64,000 nucleotides of DNA from a bacterium (GCA_965202625.1 CBDBBI010000010.1:1984001-2048000); one strand, 5' to 3'. Counted from the first letter of the stretch, positions 34,047 through 44,704 are shown. Program-made: numbers and translations. Notes: generated by a model from the letters alone, not told the origin.

Positions 34047-34973
34047 ATGGCGGCCGCAAGAAAAAAAGCGCTTGGCCGAGGGCTGGACGCTCTTTTGTCG
34101 TCCACCGAAACGGCGGAGCCTCTACCGTTGGACGTATCGTCCCATCAGGAAGCCGCCGAGACCGCAGGGATTTTGACGCGCGTCTCTCCATCTCGCCTTA
34201 GGCCCGGCGTTCACCAGCCGAGAGTTGATTTTGACGAGGCAGACTTGGCCGAGCTTGCCGAGTCTGTGAGGCGTCACGGCGTGCTTCAGCCTATTTTGGC
34301 AAGGCGATCCTTGGACGGGGTATATGAAATTGTAGCCGGAGAAAGGCGCTGGCGAGCCGCTCGGCAGGCGGCTGTTGATGAGATCCCCGTCATTCTCGTT
34401 GACGCCGGAGGGGATGAGGCGCTGGAGTTGGCGATCGTCGAAAACGTTCAACGCTCAGACCTGAGCCCGATGGAAGAGGCGGCCGCGTATTCCAGCATGA
34501 TGGAACGTCTGCATCTGACGCAAGAAGAGGTGGCTGCGCGCGTGGGCAAGGATCGCTCGACTATAGCAAACTATATGCGGCTCTTGAAGTTGCCCGCCTC
34601 CATTCAGGAGGGCGTGGCGGCTGGATTGCTATCCATGGGACACGCCAGAGCGCTTTTGTCGTTGCGCACGAATGAAGAGATGGCGAGTTGCGGAGAGGCC
34701 GCCATCAAAAGCAGGCTCTCTGTGCGTCAGCTGGAAGCGCAAGTCAGAAGGGTGCTTGAGGGCAAGGGCCAAGAAGGGAAGACTTTCAGGCGTCCCGTTC
34801 TGCAGGAAGGGCCGTCGGGTCGGCAGGCGTTGTATATTCGGGAGGCGAGAGAACGATTGCGGAGTGTGCTGGGGACGAAAGTCTCGATTTTGGGAGATGA
34901 GAACAAGGGCAAGATTGAAATCGAGTATTATTCGACGGAAACGCTTGATGGGCTGATTGAGCGGCTTTCTTGA
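34047..34973 (+). CDS. parB: Chromosome partitioning protein ParB/Spo0J
   Basis: LGRGLDALL, GERRWRA, ENVQRSDL, HTH GKDRSTIAN. Confidence 0.96.
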   Translation: MAAARKKALGRGLDALLSSTETAEPLPLDVSSHQEAAETAGILTRVSPSRLRPGVHQPRVDFDEADLAELAESVRRHGVLQPILARRSLDGVYEIVAGERRWRAARQAAVDEIPVILVDAGGDEALELAIVENVQRSDLSPMEEAAAYSSMMERLHLTQEEVAARVGKDRSTIANYMRLLKLPASIQEGVAAGLLSMGHARALLSLRTNEEMASCGEAAIKSRLSVRQLEAQVRRVLEGKGQEGKTFRRPVLQEGPSGRQALYIREARERLRSVLGTKVSILGDENKGKIEIEYYSTETLDGLIERLS

Positions 34974-35014
34974 ATGCGGACCTTCTTTATCGGGGCTGGT
35001 GCGGAGGTCTGCGG

Positions 35015-35360
35015 ATGGCGAAAAATTACAAGAAAAGCGTTCGCGCATTCTTGGGATAAGCTACAGAGGACACATTCATCATTGGAGCCGCATCAAAGAT
35101 GAAGTTCCACGTCAAGGCCGGCGTTGTCATCGTGATGGGACAGATGGATGAAAAATAGAGGTGAAGGAAAAACGTGAAGTGCGGGACCGCTCTCGACTGA
35201 AAGGTGAAATTCTTTTACACCAAGCATATACATGGAGGAGAGGGATGTGTGCGAGGGAATCTGTCGTATGACGAACGAACGAGGAGAGATGGAGAGAACC
35301 CTCGACAGGGCGGCCCGGAACTACTATAAGAGCGAATCGAGCCCCTCCGAGGAGGGTTGA
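35015..35360 (+). pseudogene. Bactofilin (polymer-forming cytoskeletal protein) pseudogene
   Basis: Fragments in shifting frames: MAKNYKKSVRAFLG*, EDTFIIGAASKMKFHVKAGVVIVMGQM, IEVKEKREVRDRSRLKGEI, TPSIYMEERDVCEGICRM. These follow the bactofilin beta-helix pattern. Confidence 0.75.
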
Positions 35361-35529
35361 ACGTGACGCCCGTCCCGAGAACGCAGAATGCCAAACCTAC
35401 GTTCTGGAAACCTCGTCGCTGAAATGAAAAGCGTGATATACTGCGTCCAAGCTTGAGGTGGAGACCTTCGCTGCGGGGCCGCTGGTTCGCCACAGAGGCT
35501 CGGGACGATGGGAAAGAGGTGGGTTGGCG

Positions 35530-35799
35530 ATGGAGGAAGGTCGCTCGGTTCTGGGCGTCTTTGTCGGGTTTTTTTTCTGGTTTGGAGTTGCGTATTATTT
35601 TTATCATCGAGATTTTATAGGAGCTTTTTGGTTCGCTGTGGCCAGTGGCCTTTTGTATGGCGTCTATCTTTGGTTTCGCCATCTTTGGGCGGCGCGCCCA
35701 AGGCCTCTGCATATGCAGGATGAAGATGTTGATTTACCGTCCCGATCAGATTTGCCGAATTACGATTTTGAGAACGCTAAACCGAAAGACTTTGAATGA
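35530..35799 (+). CDS. Small two-TM hypothetical membrane protein
   Basis: Two aromatic-rich hydrophobic helices and an acidic tail. Confidence 0.6.
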   Translation: MEEGRSVLGVFVGFFFWFGVAYYFYHRDFIGAFWFAVASGLLYGVYLWFRHLWAARPRPLHMQDEDVDLPSRSDLPNYDFENAKPKDFE

Positions 35800-35864
35800 C
35801 GCGAATTTGATTTTCATTTCTTCTCACGACTTTCTCGGCTGGTTGCGGCGCGATTGGGGCTGAC

Positions 35865-36275
35865 GTGTCTCAGTTCGTGATATATGCCCACAGCGGCGAA
35901 TACGATCGCCTCTACCAAGTAGCGACCATGGCGGTGAGCGCCGCCGCGAATGGAGACGAGGCGCACGTGATTTTATTTTTTCATGCGTTAAAACGATTCG
36001 TGGACGATGACCTAGAAGGCGTCTTCGCGCCTTCCTCTCCTGAAGGGAGCGCCACTCCCGGAAAAGAGGGCGTTCGGGGCGCCAAACCCTCCTCTATCAG
36101 TGAGCTGATAGATTCCGCCAGGCAGCTTGGCAAGCTAAGGTTGTATGCTTGCGCCGCGCAGCCGAGGTTGATGGGCCTCGCGTCCGAGGACTTAGCGGAT
36201 ATTGTGGATGAAATCATTAGTCTGCCCGATTTTATGAGGAAAACAGAGGGGGCAAAGACAAAACTCTTCATTTGA
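35865..36275 (+). CDS. DsrE/DrsH-like family protein
   Basis: AVSAAANG...ILFFHAL...LRLYAC...C-terminal LFI. Confidence 0.75.
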   Translation: MSQFVIYAHSGEYDRLYQVATMAVSAAANGDEAHVILFFHALKRFVDDDLEGVFAPSSPEGSATPGKEGVRGAKPSSISELIDSARQLGKLRLYACAAQPRLMGLASEDLADIVDEIISLPDFMRKTEGAKTKLFI

Positions 36276-36376
36276 GCGCGTTCGTCTCGGCTTTCTCGCG
36301 GTGATTTTGCGATCGTGTTGAACGCGCGGAGAGGACGGCTTTGCTTTTGTCCCTGAATCATTTTCGAGAAAAGCGC

Positions 36377-37237
36377 ATGAAATTTCTGGCGGCGGCGGCG
36401 CAAATTGGACCGACATTGGGGAACCTCGACGCGAATCGCGAATTGCTCGTCAAGGAGGTGAAAAAAGCGGAGGAGAGGGGCGTCGATCTCCTCGTTTTTC
36501 CCGAGCTTTCGTTGACGGGTTATTTTCTGAAGGACATGGTTCCTGATGTGGCCGTGAGGCAAGGAGACGAGTGCCTGCAAGAAATCGCCGCTCTCAGTCG
36601 GCGTGTCTCCCTTGTGGTTGGTTTTGTGGAGGAGTCCGCCCAATACGGGTTTTTTAATTCCGCAGCCTATTTCGAGAACGGGGAGATGCTGCACGTTCAT
36701 CGCAAGGTGTATTTGCCAACCTATGGACTGTTCGACGAGAATCGCTACATGGGCGCAGGAGACAAGATTCGCGCTTTTGACACCCGATTCGGCCGGTCGG
36801 CCGTCCTCATTTGCGAGGACGCTTGGCACCCGAGCCTGGCCGGAATCGCGTCGCTTGATGGCGCGGATTTACTTATTGTTCCCTCCGCCAGTCCTGCGCG
36901 CGGCGTCAGAAAGGGAAACGGCGAGGGAGGCCTCGCGATTCAGCGCGTTTGGCGCGCCCTGACGAGAACCTATGCCGCGGCCTACAATCAGCACGTCATT
37001 TTCAGCAACAGGGTGGGATACGAGGATGGAATCCATTTTTGGGGTGGCTCGGAAATTCTCTCACCCAGCGGCGAGCCGATCTCTCGGGCACGGCGCGCTC
37101 GAGAGCAATTTTTGGTCGCCTCTATTGACACGGCGAACGTGCGGCGCGCGAGAATCTCATCCCCCACGACAAGAGACGAGGACATGCATCTCACCCTCCG
37201 CGAACTCCGCCGCATCCAGAAGTCGCGGGAGAGGTAG
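36377..37237 (+). CDS. Nitrilase-fold carbon-nitrogen hydrolase (likely glutaminase partner of NAD synthetase)
   Basis: FPELSLTGY, HRKVYLPTYGLFDENRY, LICEDAWH, NRVG. Confidence 0.88.
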   Translation: MKFLAAAAQIGPTLGNLDANRELLVKEVKKAEERGVDLLVFPELSLTGYFLKDMVPDVAVRQGDECLQEIAALSRRVSLVVGFVEESAQYGFFNSAAYFENGEMLHVHRKVYLPTYGLFDENRYMGAGDKIRAFDTRFGRSAVLICEDAWHPSLAGIASLDGADLLIVPSASPARGVRKGNGEGGLAIQRVWRALTRTYAAAYNQHVIFSNRVGYEDGIHFWGGSEILSPSGEPISRARRAREQFLVASIDTANVRRARISSPTTRDEDMHLTLRELRRIQKSRER

Positions 37238-37386
37238 GTTCTCGTATCGCGCCCCGGTTCTTGAATTGTACCCGGAATTCCTTTTTGCAGTTTCCGCGTC
37301 CCGAACCGTCTTAGGCGATTCTGCCCACGCTTCTGGAGTCTCGCTGACAACACGGGAGTGAGGCGGCCATGGGGATGGCCGTCGCT

Positions 37387-38166
37387 CTATTCGTCTCGCC
37401 ATTCGGTTTTTGAGGGCAGTGCGCCGCCCCTGAAGTTGAACAATAGCACTGAAGCGTCGCTCGCGTTTTCCACCGTATGCCAAGCGCCGCCGGGCGTGTG
37501 CACCAGATCGCCCGAGGACGCTTCGATGGTTTCGCCCTCCATGATGAAGTTCATGCTCCCTTTCAATACGAGAGTCGCCTCGTCCATCGTTTTCTGATGC
37601 CGATGAACGTGCGGTCTCGCGCCCGGAGGAAAGAAGACCACCTGGCACTCCAGGTATTCTGTGGAGAAGGCGCGCTTGAGACTATTTTCCTTCACTGTTT
37701 TCGGGTCGAAAGTCGTCGTTAGGTCGTCGAGGTCGCCCTTGATGTGCATCACGGGAGGCGCAAGAGGGTTTTTTACAGATTCCGGATCGGGATTCGGGGG
37801 TGGATCGCCTTCAGGCAGGAAGAAGCCCGATGGCATGACGCCGCCCCTGAAATTGAATTCTATCAATTCATCCTCGTCGATGTTTTTCATGTGGTGCATC
37901 GCGCCGCGCGGATTGAGGAGAAGGTTTCCCCTCTCGACGCTGAACGTCGCGCCGTTGCTGTGAATCAACCCGTTTCCACTGTAGATGAGGTAGCCCTCGT
38001 CCATCTCTTCATGGTGTGCATGATAAGGAGGATAAACGCCCGCGCCGAGGGCGATCACCCGCACTTCGAGATTGGGCGTGTCAACGCAGAGGGGAGATCC
38101 CTTTGTCCGCGCTTCTTCTTCATCGTAAACCCATTTTAGATTTTCGATGTTTCCTACGTAAGGCAT
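37387..38166 (-). CDS. Bicupin protein
   Basis: Two cupin repeats, each HxHxxxDE...H...FNFRGGxxPS. Confidence 0.8.
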   Translation of the reverse strand: MPYVGNIENLKWVYDEEEARTKGSPLCVDTPNLEVRVIALGAGVYPPYHAHHEEMDEGYLIYSGNGLIHSNGATFSVERGNLLLNPRGAMHHMKNIDEDELIEFNFRGGVMPSGFFLPEGDPPPNPDPESVKNPLAPPVMHIKGDLDDLTTTFDPKTVKENSLKRAFSTEYLECQVVFFPPGARPHVHRHQKTMDEATLVLKGSMNFIMEGETIEASSGDLVHTPGGAWHTVENASDASVLLFNFRGGALPSKTEWRDE

Positions 38167-38312
38167 GTGAACTCCGTATTATAGGCCTATGGGGCAAGAT
38201 ATACTTGGCGTCCCATAGGGTCAAACGCCTCAATCCATTGCGGAGAGAGTCCTCAAGGGGCATGATAGAAGGCGAATCGCCAGAGAAACATCTCTCATAA
38301 TGGAGATTCCGC

Positions 38313-39164
38313 ATGTTGGATGAGGGGCTTATTCGCCACGCGATGGCGGAACTCGCACTGGACAGCAAGCTCGCCGTCGGCCTGCTCTCCGGGTTCATTC
38401 GGGATGAGGTCTCCAAGGTGGGCGTGAAAAAGTTGGTTCTCGGCCTCTCGGGCGGAATCGACAGCGCGCTTTCCGCTTTTTTGGCGGCGGACGCCATGGG
38501 CCCCAATAACGTAACGGGCTTGATAATGCCCTATCGGCTCTCCAGCCCCCAAAGCGAAGAAGATGCGCGTGCGGTGGCCAAGGCCAGCGGCGTCCAGTTG
38601 AGAGTGGTGGACATTTCGCCGCAGGTGGACTCGTATTTTGGGCGGTTCCCCGATGCCGACAATCTTCGTCGAGGAAACAAGATGGCTCGGGAAAGGATGA
38701 CCATTTTGTATGATCACTCGGCCATGCTCAACGCTTTGGTGGTGGGCACGAGCAACAAAACCGAGCTTTTGCTCGGATATGGGACCTTGTTTGGAGACAT
38801 GGCCAGTGCCGTAAATCCCATCGGGGACTTGTTCAAGACGCAGGTGCGTCAGCTCTCCCGTTATGTTGGTGTGCCGGCGCAAGTGGTGGAGAAGGCCCCG
38901 AGCGCGGACCTTTGGGCAGGGCAAACCGACGAGCAGGAGCTCGGTTATGGCTACGAGGTAGCCGACGCCGTTTTGTATCATATGATAGACTGCCGCTATA
39001 AGCGCGAGGAGCTTTTGGGCGAAGGTTTTGCACCTGGGCTCGTAGATGGCATTCAAAAACTCGTGCAACGCAGCCAATACAAAAGACGCTTGCCGCTGAT
39101 CGCGAAACTCAGCCACCGAACGATCGACAGGGATTTCCGCTACGCCAGAGACTGGGGATTATAG
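38313..39164 (+). CDS. nadE: NAD+ synthetase (synthetase-only form)
   Basis: [37 protein letters not shown]. Confidence 0.95.
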   Translation: MLDEGLIRHAMAELALDSKLAVGLLSGFIRDEVSKVGVKKLVLGLSGGIDSALSAFLAADAMGPNNVTGLIMPYRLSSPQSEEDARAVAKASGVQLRVVDISPQVDSYFGRFPDADNLRRGNKMARERMTILYDHSAMLNALVVGTSNKTELLLGYGTLFGDMASAVNPIGDLFKTQVRQLSRYVGVPAQVVEKAPSADLWAGQTDEQELGYGYEVADAVLYHMIDCRYKREELLGEGFAPGLVDGIQKLVQRSQYKRRLPLIAKLSHRTIDRDFRYARDWGL

Positions 39165-39286
39165 TCCCGCCCGCCCCCCTTGATGCGAACCCGGAACTAT
39201 GGCAATATGGAACTTTACATCCTTGCTCCATCTTCGATTTCGTTGGGCGCGCGTGATTTTTTGATTCTCAGGGGGGGGGCAAAATC

Positions 39287-39739
39287 GTGTTGAAAGAAGG
39301 ATCGAAAGCCCCTGCCTTCGCCCTGCGCGATGAAAACGGCAAGGTTCACCGACTCTCGAAATACAAGGGACAGAAGATCGTTCTCTATTTCTATCCGAAA
39401 GACAACACGCCTGGATGCACGACGGAGGCGCGGGATTTTAATAAAAACCTGGGGAAGATACAGAAGAAAAATGCCATTGTCATCGGCATCAGCCCGGACA
39501 ATGAGGTCAGCCACAAGAAATTCTCAAAGAAGCTGGAGTTAGACTTCACTTTGCTGGCGGACCCGGATGGTCTTATCTCGTCAAAGTATGAGGCGTATGG
39601 CGAGAAAACGCTGTTTGGCAGAAAGTTTAACGGAATTTTCCGCACAACCTATATTATTGATGAAAAGGGCGTCATCGAAAAAGTTTTCGAGAACGTCAAG
39701 GTGGATGGGCATACGAAAGACGTGCTGAAGGCGTTGTAG
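39287..39739 (+). CDS. bcp: Thioredoxin-dependent thiol peroxidase (BCP)
   Basis: LYFYPKDNTPGCTTEA. Confidence 0.93.
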   Translation: MLKEGSKAPAFALRDENGKVHRLSKYKGQKIVLYFYPKDNTPGCTTEARDFNKNLGKIQKKNAIVIGISPDNEVSHKKFSKKLELDFTLLADPDGLISSKYEAYGEKTLFGRKFNGIFRTTYIIDEKGVIEKVFENVKVDGHTKDVLKAL

Positions 39740-39889
39740 GCGTTCGGTCGCGTCCTTTCTCTGTTTTTCAGAATCTCCAATCAAAGAACGTGAGCGGCGA
39801 TTTGTCCGGAAAGACAACCTGGGCTTGAAGCGGCGGCCCGCCGCCTAGATTCCATTCAAGGGAAGCGAGAGACGGGAGGTAGCGCTAAA

Positions 39890-40360
39890 ATGACGATTCG
39901 ACCGAAAGAACTGCCGGAGACTACGGAGAATTGGGCCGAAGCCGACTGCAAGGGCCATGCGAAGAGCATCGTCACCGTCAAGGGTGGCCATACCGTGATT
40001 GTGGATGAACCCAAACGCTTGGGCGGCTCGGACGAAGGCCCCTCGCCTATGGGGTATCTCGTGACTTCGCTCGCCGGCTGCACCGCGGTGATTTTGGAGA
40101 GGTGCGCGAAAGAGGCGAAGCTCGAGATCGGTTCCCTGAAGGTGAAGTCCACCATCGTCTATAGCCCGAGAGGCATTGCGGGCCAAGAGGGATACCAGTC
40201 GAATCCGAGCGAGGCGCATAGCGAAATATGGCTTGAGATCGAGGCGAGCGATGAGCAGGTGGAGGCGTTGAAGGCGGATTATTTCCGAAGATGCCCCGTA
40301 TACAACCTGTTCAAGGCCAGTGGTTGCGTCGTGCGCGACGTTTGGCGCATCAACGAATGA
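39890..40360 (+). CDS. OsmC/Ohr family protein
   Basis: DEPKRLGGSDEGPSP...LAGC...RCPV. Confidence 0.88.
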   Translation: MTIRPKELPETTENWAEADCKGHAKSIVTVKGGHTVIVDEPKRLGGSDEGPSPMGYLVTSLAGCTAVILERCAKEAKLEIGSLKVKSTIVYSPRGIAGQEGYQSNPSEAHSEIWLEIEASDEQVEALKADYFRRCPVYNLFKASGCVVRDVWRINE

Positions 40361-40461
40361 TGATTGTTGCCTCAGAAGTCGCCTCTTGGGGTGCGGAGGG
40401 GTTTTTCGTTTATGACCCTCTTTGGCTCATGCGAGGATGCGGATAGGTTGTCGTCTCGTTT

Positions 40462-40995
40462 TTATTCTGGGCGCAAGACGCTTTTTGCCTTGTCTCCCGC
40501 CGGCTTGAGAACGAGCGCGTCCAGGGCGGGGCGCGCCGGGCTTCTTGAGAGGATGAGTTCGACGGGCCCATCCAAAACCATGATCTCGTGGACGTCTCCA
40601 GGGGGGAACTGAAGCAAATCTCCTGGCCCCGCCTCCAGTATCTCTCCTTCAACGGCGGCGCGAAGCCTCCCCTTGAGAAGATAAAGAAATTGCTCGTCCC
40701 GGTGGTAGTGTGGGCTGGAATGTGCATTCTCCTCCATGCGGAAATAGCCGATGGTGGTATGCACTCCATCGACCCAGGCGGCGTTTGCGGACACGTAGTC
40801 GGCGGCTTTTCCCTGGTCTTGATTGGCGAGGTCCTTATAGATGGGCATGAAGTCGGCTCCTGTAGAGAACGTGGAAATTCCACCCGGGCGCATTCTAACT
40901 CCAAGGGCTCGCAATCTGTCTAGCTCCCATGTATATTTGGCGTGATTGACGGCGAGCGTATCCGCATCCCGTCGGATGTGTGCCTTGCCAGACAT
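40462..40995 (-). CDS. Cupin domain protein
   Basis: PHYHRDEQFLYLLKG...GPGD...PPGDVH. Confidence 0.82.
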   Translation of the reverse strand: MSGKAHIRRDADTLAVNHAKYTWELDRLRALGVRMRPGGISTFSTGADFMPIYKDLANQDQGKAADYVSANAAWVDGVHTTIGYFRMEENAHSSPHYHRDEQFLYLLKGRLRAAVEGEILEAGPGDLLQFPPGDVHEIMVLDGPVELILSRSPARPALDALVLKPAGDKAKSVLRPE

Positions 40996-41035
40996 GTCGC
41001 GCCCAACCCATCCGTGTTTCGGGAGGAACCTGAAC

Positions 41036-41476
41036 GTGAAGATCGCAGCCCCTTTTTTCGTCTTGCTCCTTGGTTCGGCCTTGTACGCTTCGGCATACGA
41101 TCCTGCGAAACATCCCTTACCGGCGAATCCGGACTCCGCGTATGAGTTGGGCCGCGTCCAGATTCATCGTGGAGACATGCGAAGCGCGTTTTTGCATTTT
41201 CGCCAAGCGGTTGTACATGACTCTCAAGATTTCAGAGCCCATACCTTGATGGGTTATGCCCTCCGGCACCTCGATCGCCTGGATGAGGCCGTTGCCGCAT
41301 ACGACAAAGCCTTGCGCGTGAACCCCAAATACGCCGAGGCTCTCGAATACCGAGGCGTCGCCCATCTCTTGCGAGGAAACCGCGCCGCCGCTATGCGTGA
41401 TTACCAGAAATTGGTTCTCCTGCGCTCGCCGTTGGCGGAAGACTTGAGAAAGCGGATCGACGAAAGCGGAAAATAA
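41036..41476 (+). CDS. Exported TPR-repeat protein
   Basis: Signal peptide followed by three TPR motifs. Confidence 0.82.
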   Translation: MKIAAPFFVLLLGSALYASAYDPAKHPLPANPDSAYELGRVQIHRGDMRSAFLHFRQAVVHDSQDFRAHTLMGYALRHLDRLDEAVAAYDKALRVNPKYAEALEYRGVAHLLRGNRAAAMRDYQKLVLLRSPLAEDLRKRIDESGK

Positions 41477-41551
41477 AGCGAGTGCTTATGCGCTTGCCCC
41501 TTCTGTTCGCGTCGTTTCACCTTCACTTGAACGCCTGTCCGGAGAAAGTTC

Positions 41552-42583
41552 GTGAGCGAGCCTTCCGTGGATGCGTTTGAATACTTCTTTGACAAGCCTT
41601 GGTCAGACGGCCTGCCAGTCATTCCCCCAACGGAGGAGCGCTTGGCGCTTATGCTGGCGGGTGCGCGCCGCGCTCCGGGCGACGTCATAGGCGACGTCCC
41701 TCCGTTGTTGGGGCAGGCGCGCGTCGAGACGATCGCGGTTCACGCCGTCATGGCGGGATGCAAACCAGAGTATATGCCTGTCCTCATCGCGGCGATGGAG
41801 GCCATTCTTGAGGAGAAATTCAACATGGGCGGCGTGCAGGCGACGCTCTCTTGCGCGGCCCCCCTTTTGATCGTGAATGGCCCCTACGCCAAACAAATCG
41901 GACTGAGCGGCGGACTTGGCTGTTTCGGCCCCGGCAATCGCGCAAATGCGACAATCGGTCGCGCCATCAGGCTTTTGCTTCTCAACACGGGTGGCGGAAT
42001 ACCGGGCATCACTTCCATGAGCACGTTCTCTCAGCCGGCGAGATTCACTTTCTGCATAGCGGAGAACGAGGAGGAAAGCCCTTGGGCGTCTTTTGCGGAG
42101 ACGAGAGGCTTTGACGCGAATGACAACGTTGTCACAGTGGTGAACGTAGAGGGCCCCTGCATGGTCTGGGACGACGTGAGCGACGACCCGGAACGAATGT
42201 TTCCCTCCATTGCGGACGCCATGTCGCATTTGGGAGCGTGGAATTGTTGGGCCAGCACGGATTTGGTGGTGGCGATGAGCCCGCAGCAAGCGGCGATTTG
42301 CGCCAAGAATGGATACTCAAAGGCCGACGTTCATAGGCGTCTTTGCGAAATTGCGGGCCGCACCGTGGGCACGCTCAAGACGGGAGGGCATTTCAGGGAA
42401 AACCGCATTCGGAGCTTCCCGATCCCCGTTGATCTGGATGATGAGGATGCGTTCGTGCCGACGATCAAGGAGGCCGAAAGACTGTTCTTGATCGTGGCGG
42501 GCGGAGTTCCGGGGCCGATGACGGCCGTGATGCACGGTTGGAACGGAAACAGCCGTTCCGTATCCCGGGCGTTTGCGTCCTGA
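41552..42583 (+). CDS. Uncharacterised UGSC-associated protein, paralogue 1
   Basis: WSDGLPVIPPT, AVMAGC, IVNGP, GPGNRANATIGRAIRL, ENEEESPW, IVAGG. Confidence 0.75.
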   Translation: MSEPSVDAFEYFFDKPWSDGLPVIPPTEERLALMLAGARRAPGDVIGDVPPLLGQARVETIAVHAVMAGCKPEYMPVLIAAMEAILEEKFNMGGVQATLSCAAPLLIVNGPYAKQIGLSGGLGCFGPGNRANATIGRAIRLLLLNTGGGIPGITSMSTFSQPARFTFCIAENEEESPWASFAETRGFDANDNVVTVVNVEGPCMVWDDVSDDPERMFPSIADAMSHLGAWNCWASTDLVVAMSPQQAAICAKNGYSKADVHRRLCEIAGRTVGTLKTGGHFRENRIRSFPIPVDLDDEDAFVPTIKEAERLFLIVAGGVPGPMTAVMHGWNGNSRSVSRAFAS

Positions 42584-42611
42584 CGTTGTCCACATATTTT
42601 CTGAGGGAGCG

Positions 42612-43646
42612 ATGGCTTTGAACGGCCCTCAGGACGAATTCGAGTTTTTCCTGGAAAAGCCGTGGTCGGATGGATTGCCCGTCGTCACCCCATCGCAAGA
42701 GCGCGTAGAGCGGATGCTCTCGGGGACGAAGAGGAATCCTGCCGAGGCGATAGGCCGCGTTCCTCCCGCCATGGGCGAGGCCACGGTCCACAGCGTGGCG
42801 GTTCATGCGGTGATGGCCGGTTGTAAGCCGGAGTATTTGCCGGTCGTTCTCGGCGCAGTTTCCCTCATGCTTCGTGATGCGTTCAACGTGAACGGCGTGC
42901 AAGGCACGATGCACGGCGTAGCGCCCCTTATGATCGTCAATGGCCCCTATTCGCAGAAGATCGGCATTCACGGAGGCAATGGTTGCTTTGGCCCCGGTTT
43001 TCGGGCGAACGCCTCCATCGGCCGCGCCATTCGCCTGATCTTGATGAACCTGGGCGGGGGCATACCGGGCGTCTCTTCGATGACGATTTTCGGCACCCCG
43101 CTGCGTTATACCGCGTGCGTCACGGAGAACGTAAAGTTTCACCCCTGGAAGACGCTCGCGGCATCCAGGGGATACGGGGCGGATGAAAACGTGATCACCA
43201 TGGCCATGGTGGAAAGCCCGCGCCTGACCTTTGATGACGTCAGCGAGGAGCCCGAGCGTCTGCTCAGGGGCATCGCGGATGCGATGACGGGCCTGGGCTC
43301 CTGGAACATGCACGCGCCCAGGACGGATATGGTCGTCGCCATGAATCCCCAGCACGCGAAAATTTGCTCTGATGGCGGGCTTTCGCGCGCGGACGCGCAT
43401 CGGCGTCTATGCGCGCTGGCGGGCCGCAAGGTGAAGGAGCTCAAGCGCGGCGGCAACTGGCGACGCGCGCGCGCCCTGGATATGAAAATTGACGTGGACC
43501 CCGACGATGATGAGTGTTTCGTCCCCGTCATCAAAGACCCGAGCGACCTCCATCTTATCGTCGCCGGCGGCTGGGGTTCGGGCAGCGCGGTTTGCCATGG
43601 GTGGAGCGGCGGCAGTCGCGCCGTTCATGGGGCGTATGCGGTTTGA
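42612..43646 (+). CDS. Uncharacterised UGSC-associated protein, paralogue 2
   Basis: Same motif set and collinear with paralogue 1; RBS GAGGGAG. Confidence 0.75.
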   Translation: MALNGPQDEFEFFLEKPWSDGLPVVTPSQERVERMLSGTKRNPAEAIGRVPPAMGEATVHSVAVHAVMAGCKPEYLPVVLGAVSLMLRDAFNVNGVQGTMHGVAPLMIVNGPYSQKIGIHGGNGCFGPGFRANASIGRAIRLILMNLGGGIPGVSSMTIFGTPLRYTACVTENVKFHPWKTLAASRGYGADENVITMAMVESPRLTFDDVSEEPERLLRGIADAMTGLGSWNMHAPRTDMVVAMNPQHAKICSDGGLSRADAHRRLCALAGRKVKELKRGGNWRRARALDMKIDVDPDDDECFVPVIKDPSDLHLIVAGGWGSGSAVCHGWSGGSRAVHGAYAV

Positions 43647-43687
43647 CGCCTGGCGCGCCATGCGCGACGAAACGAAGTCGTATCTCC

Positions 43688-44704
43688 ATGGATGAGTTCG
43701 AGTTTTTCTTTCAAAAACCCTGGTCGGATGGCCTTCCGGTGGTTCCGCCTACCCGAGAACGCATGGCCGCCATGCTCTCGGGCGCGAGGTTGCGCGAGGC
43801 CGAGGTCATCGGTCTGGTGCCGCCCCTCATGGGGGAGGCGACCGTCGGGGCGGTTGCCGCACACGCGGTGATGGCGGGGTGCGCGCCCTCGTTTTTACCC
43901 CTCGTCATCGCAGGTCTCGAAGCCCTTCTCGCACCGAACCTCAACCTGAACGGCGTCCAGGGAACGATGCACGGTGCGGCACCCTTGCTTATCGTGAACG
44001 GACCGTATGCGCGGAAAATCGGTCTGCATGGCGGCACGGGATGCTTTGGCCCGGGCTTTCGTGCGAACGCGGCCATCGGCCGCTCCCTCCGCCTCATTCT
44101 CATGAACCTGGGCGGCGGCGTGCCGGCTTCCGCCTCCATGAGCACGTTCGGCTCGCCCGCCAGATATACGTTTTGCGTCGCCGAGAACGAGGCGGAAAGC
44201 CCCTGGGCACCGCTTTCCGTCACGAGAGGATTTCGTCGTGACGACGACGTCGTGACGGCCGTGATGGTGGAGGCACCCCAAGGTTACATCGACGATTATT
44301 CAAAAGAGCCGGAATCTTTTTTCGTGGGCCTGGCGGATAAAATATCCACGTTGGGCGCGCTCAACGTTTGGCTGAAGACCCAGGTCGTCGTCGCCCTGGG
44401 GCCGGATCATGCGCGGATGTGCGCGCGCGCGGGACTTGGCAAAGAAGACGTTCGCCGCAGAATGATGGCACTTGCGCGCAGACCTCTGGGGGAGCTCAAA
44501 AAATCGGGTTACTGGCGTGAGGAGATGGTGGCCAAATGGCCGTTTGACGCAGATCCGCAAGACGATTCGTTCATGGTTCCGGCTATCAAGGATGAAGACG
44601 ACCTCATCCTTGTCGTGGCGGGCGGAACTCCCGGCCCCGTGACGGCCGTCATGCCCGGCTGGGTGGACGGCAGCACGGCGGTCTCCATGGGTTATCGCGC
44701 ATGA
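43688..44704 (+). CDS. Uncharacterised UGSC-associated protein, paralogue 3
   Basis: MDEFEFFFQKPWSDGLPVVPPT and the same motif set. Confidence 0.75.
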   Translation: MDEFEFFFQKPWSDGLPVVPPTRERMAAMLSGARLREAEVIGLVPPLMGEATVGAVAAHAVMAGCAPSFLPLVIAGLEALLAPNLNLNGVQGTMHGAAPLLIVNGPYARKIGLHGGTGCFGPGFRANAAIGRSLRLILMNLGGGVPASASMSTFGSPARYTFCVAENEAESPWAPLSVTRGFRRDDDVVTAVMVEAPQGYIDDYSKEPESFFVGLADKISTLGALNVWLKTQVVVALGPDHARMCARAGLGKEDVRRRMMALARRPLGELKKSGYWREEMVAKWPFDADPQDDSFMVPAIKDEDDLILVVAGGTPGPVTAVMPGWVDGSTAVSMGYRA

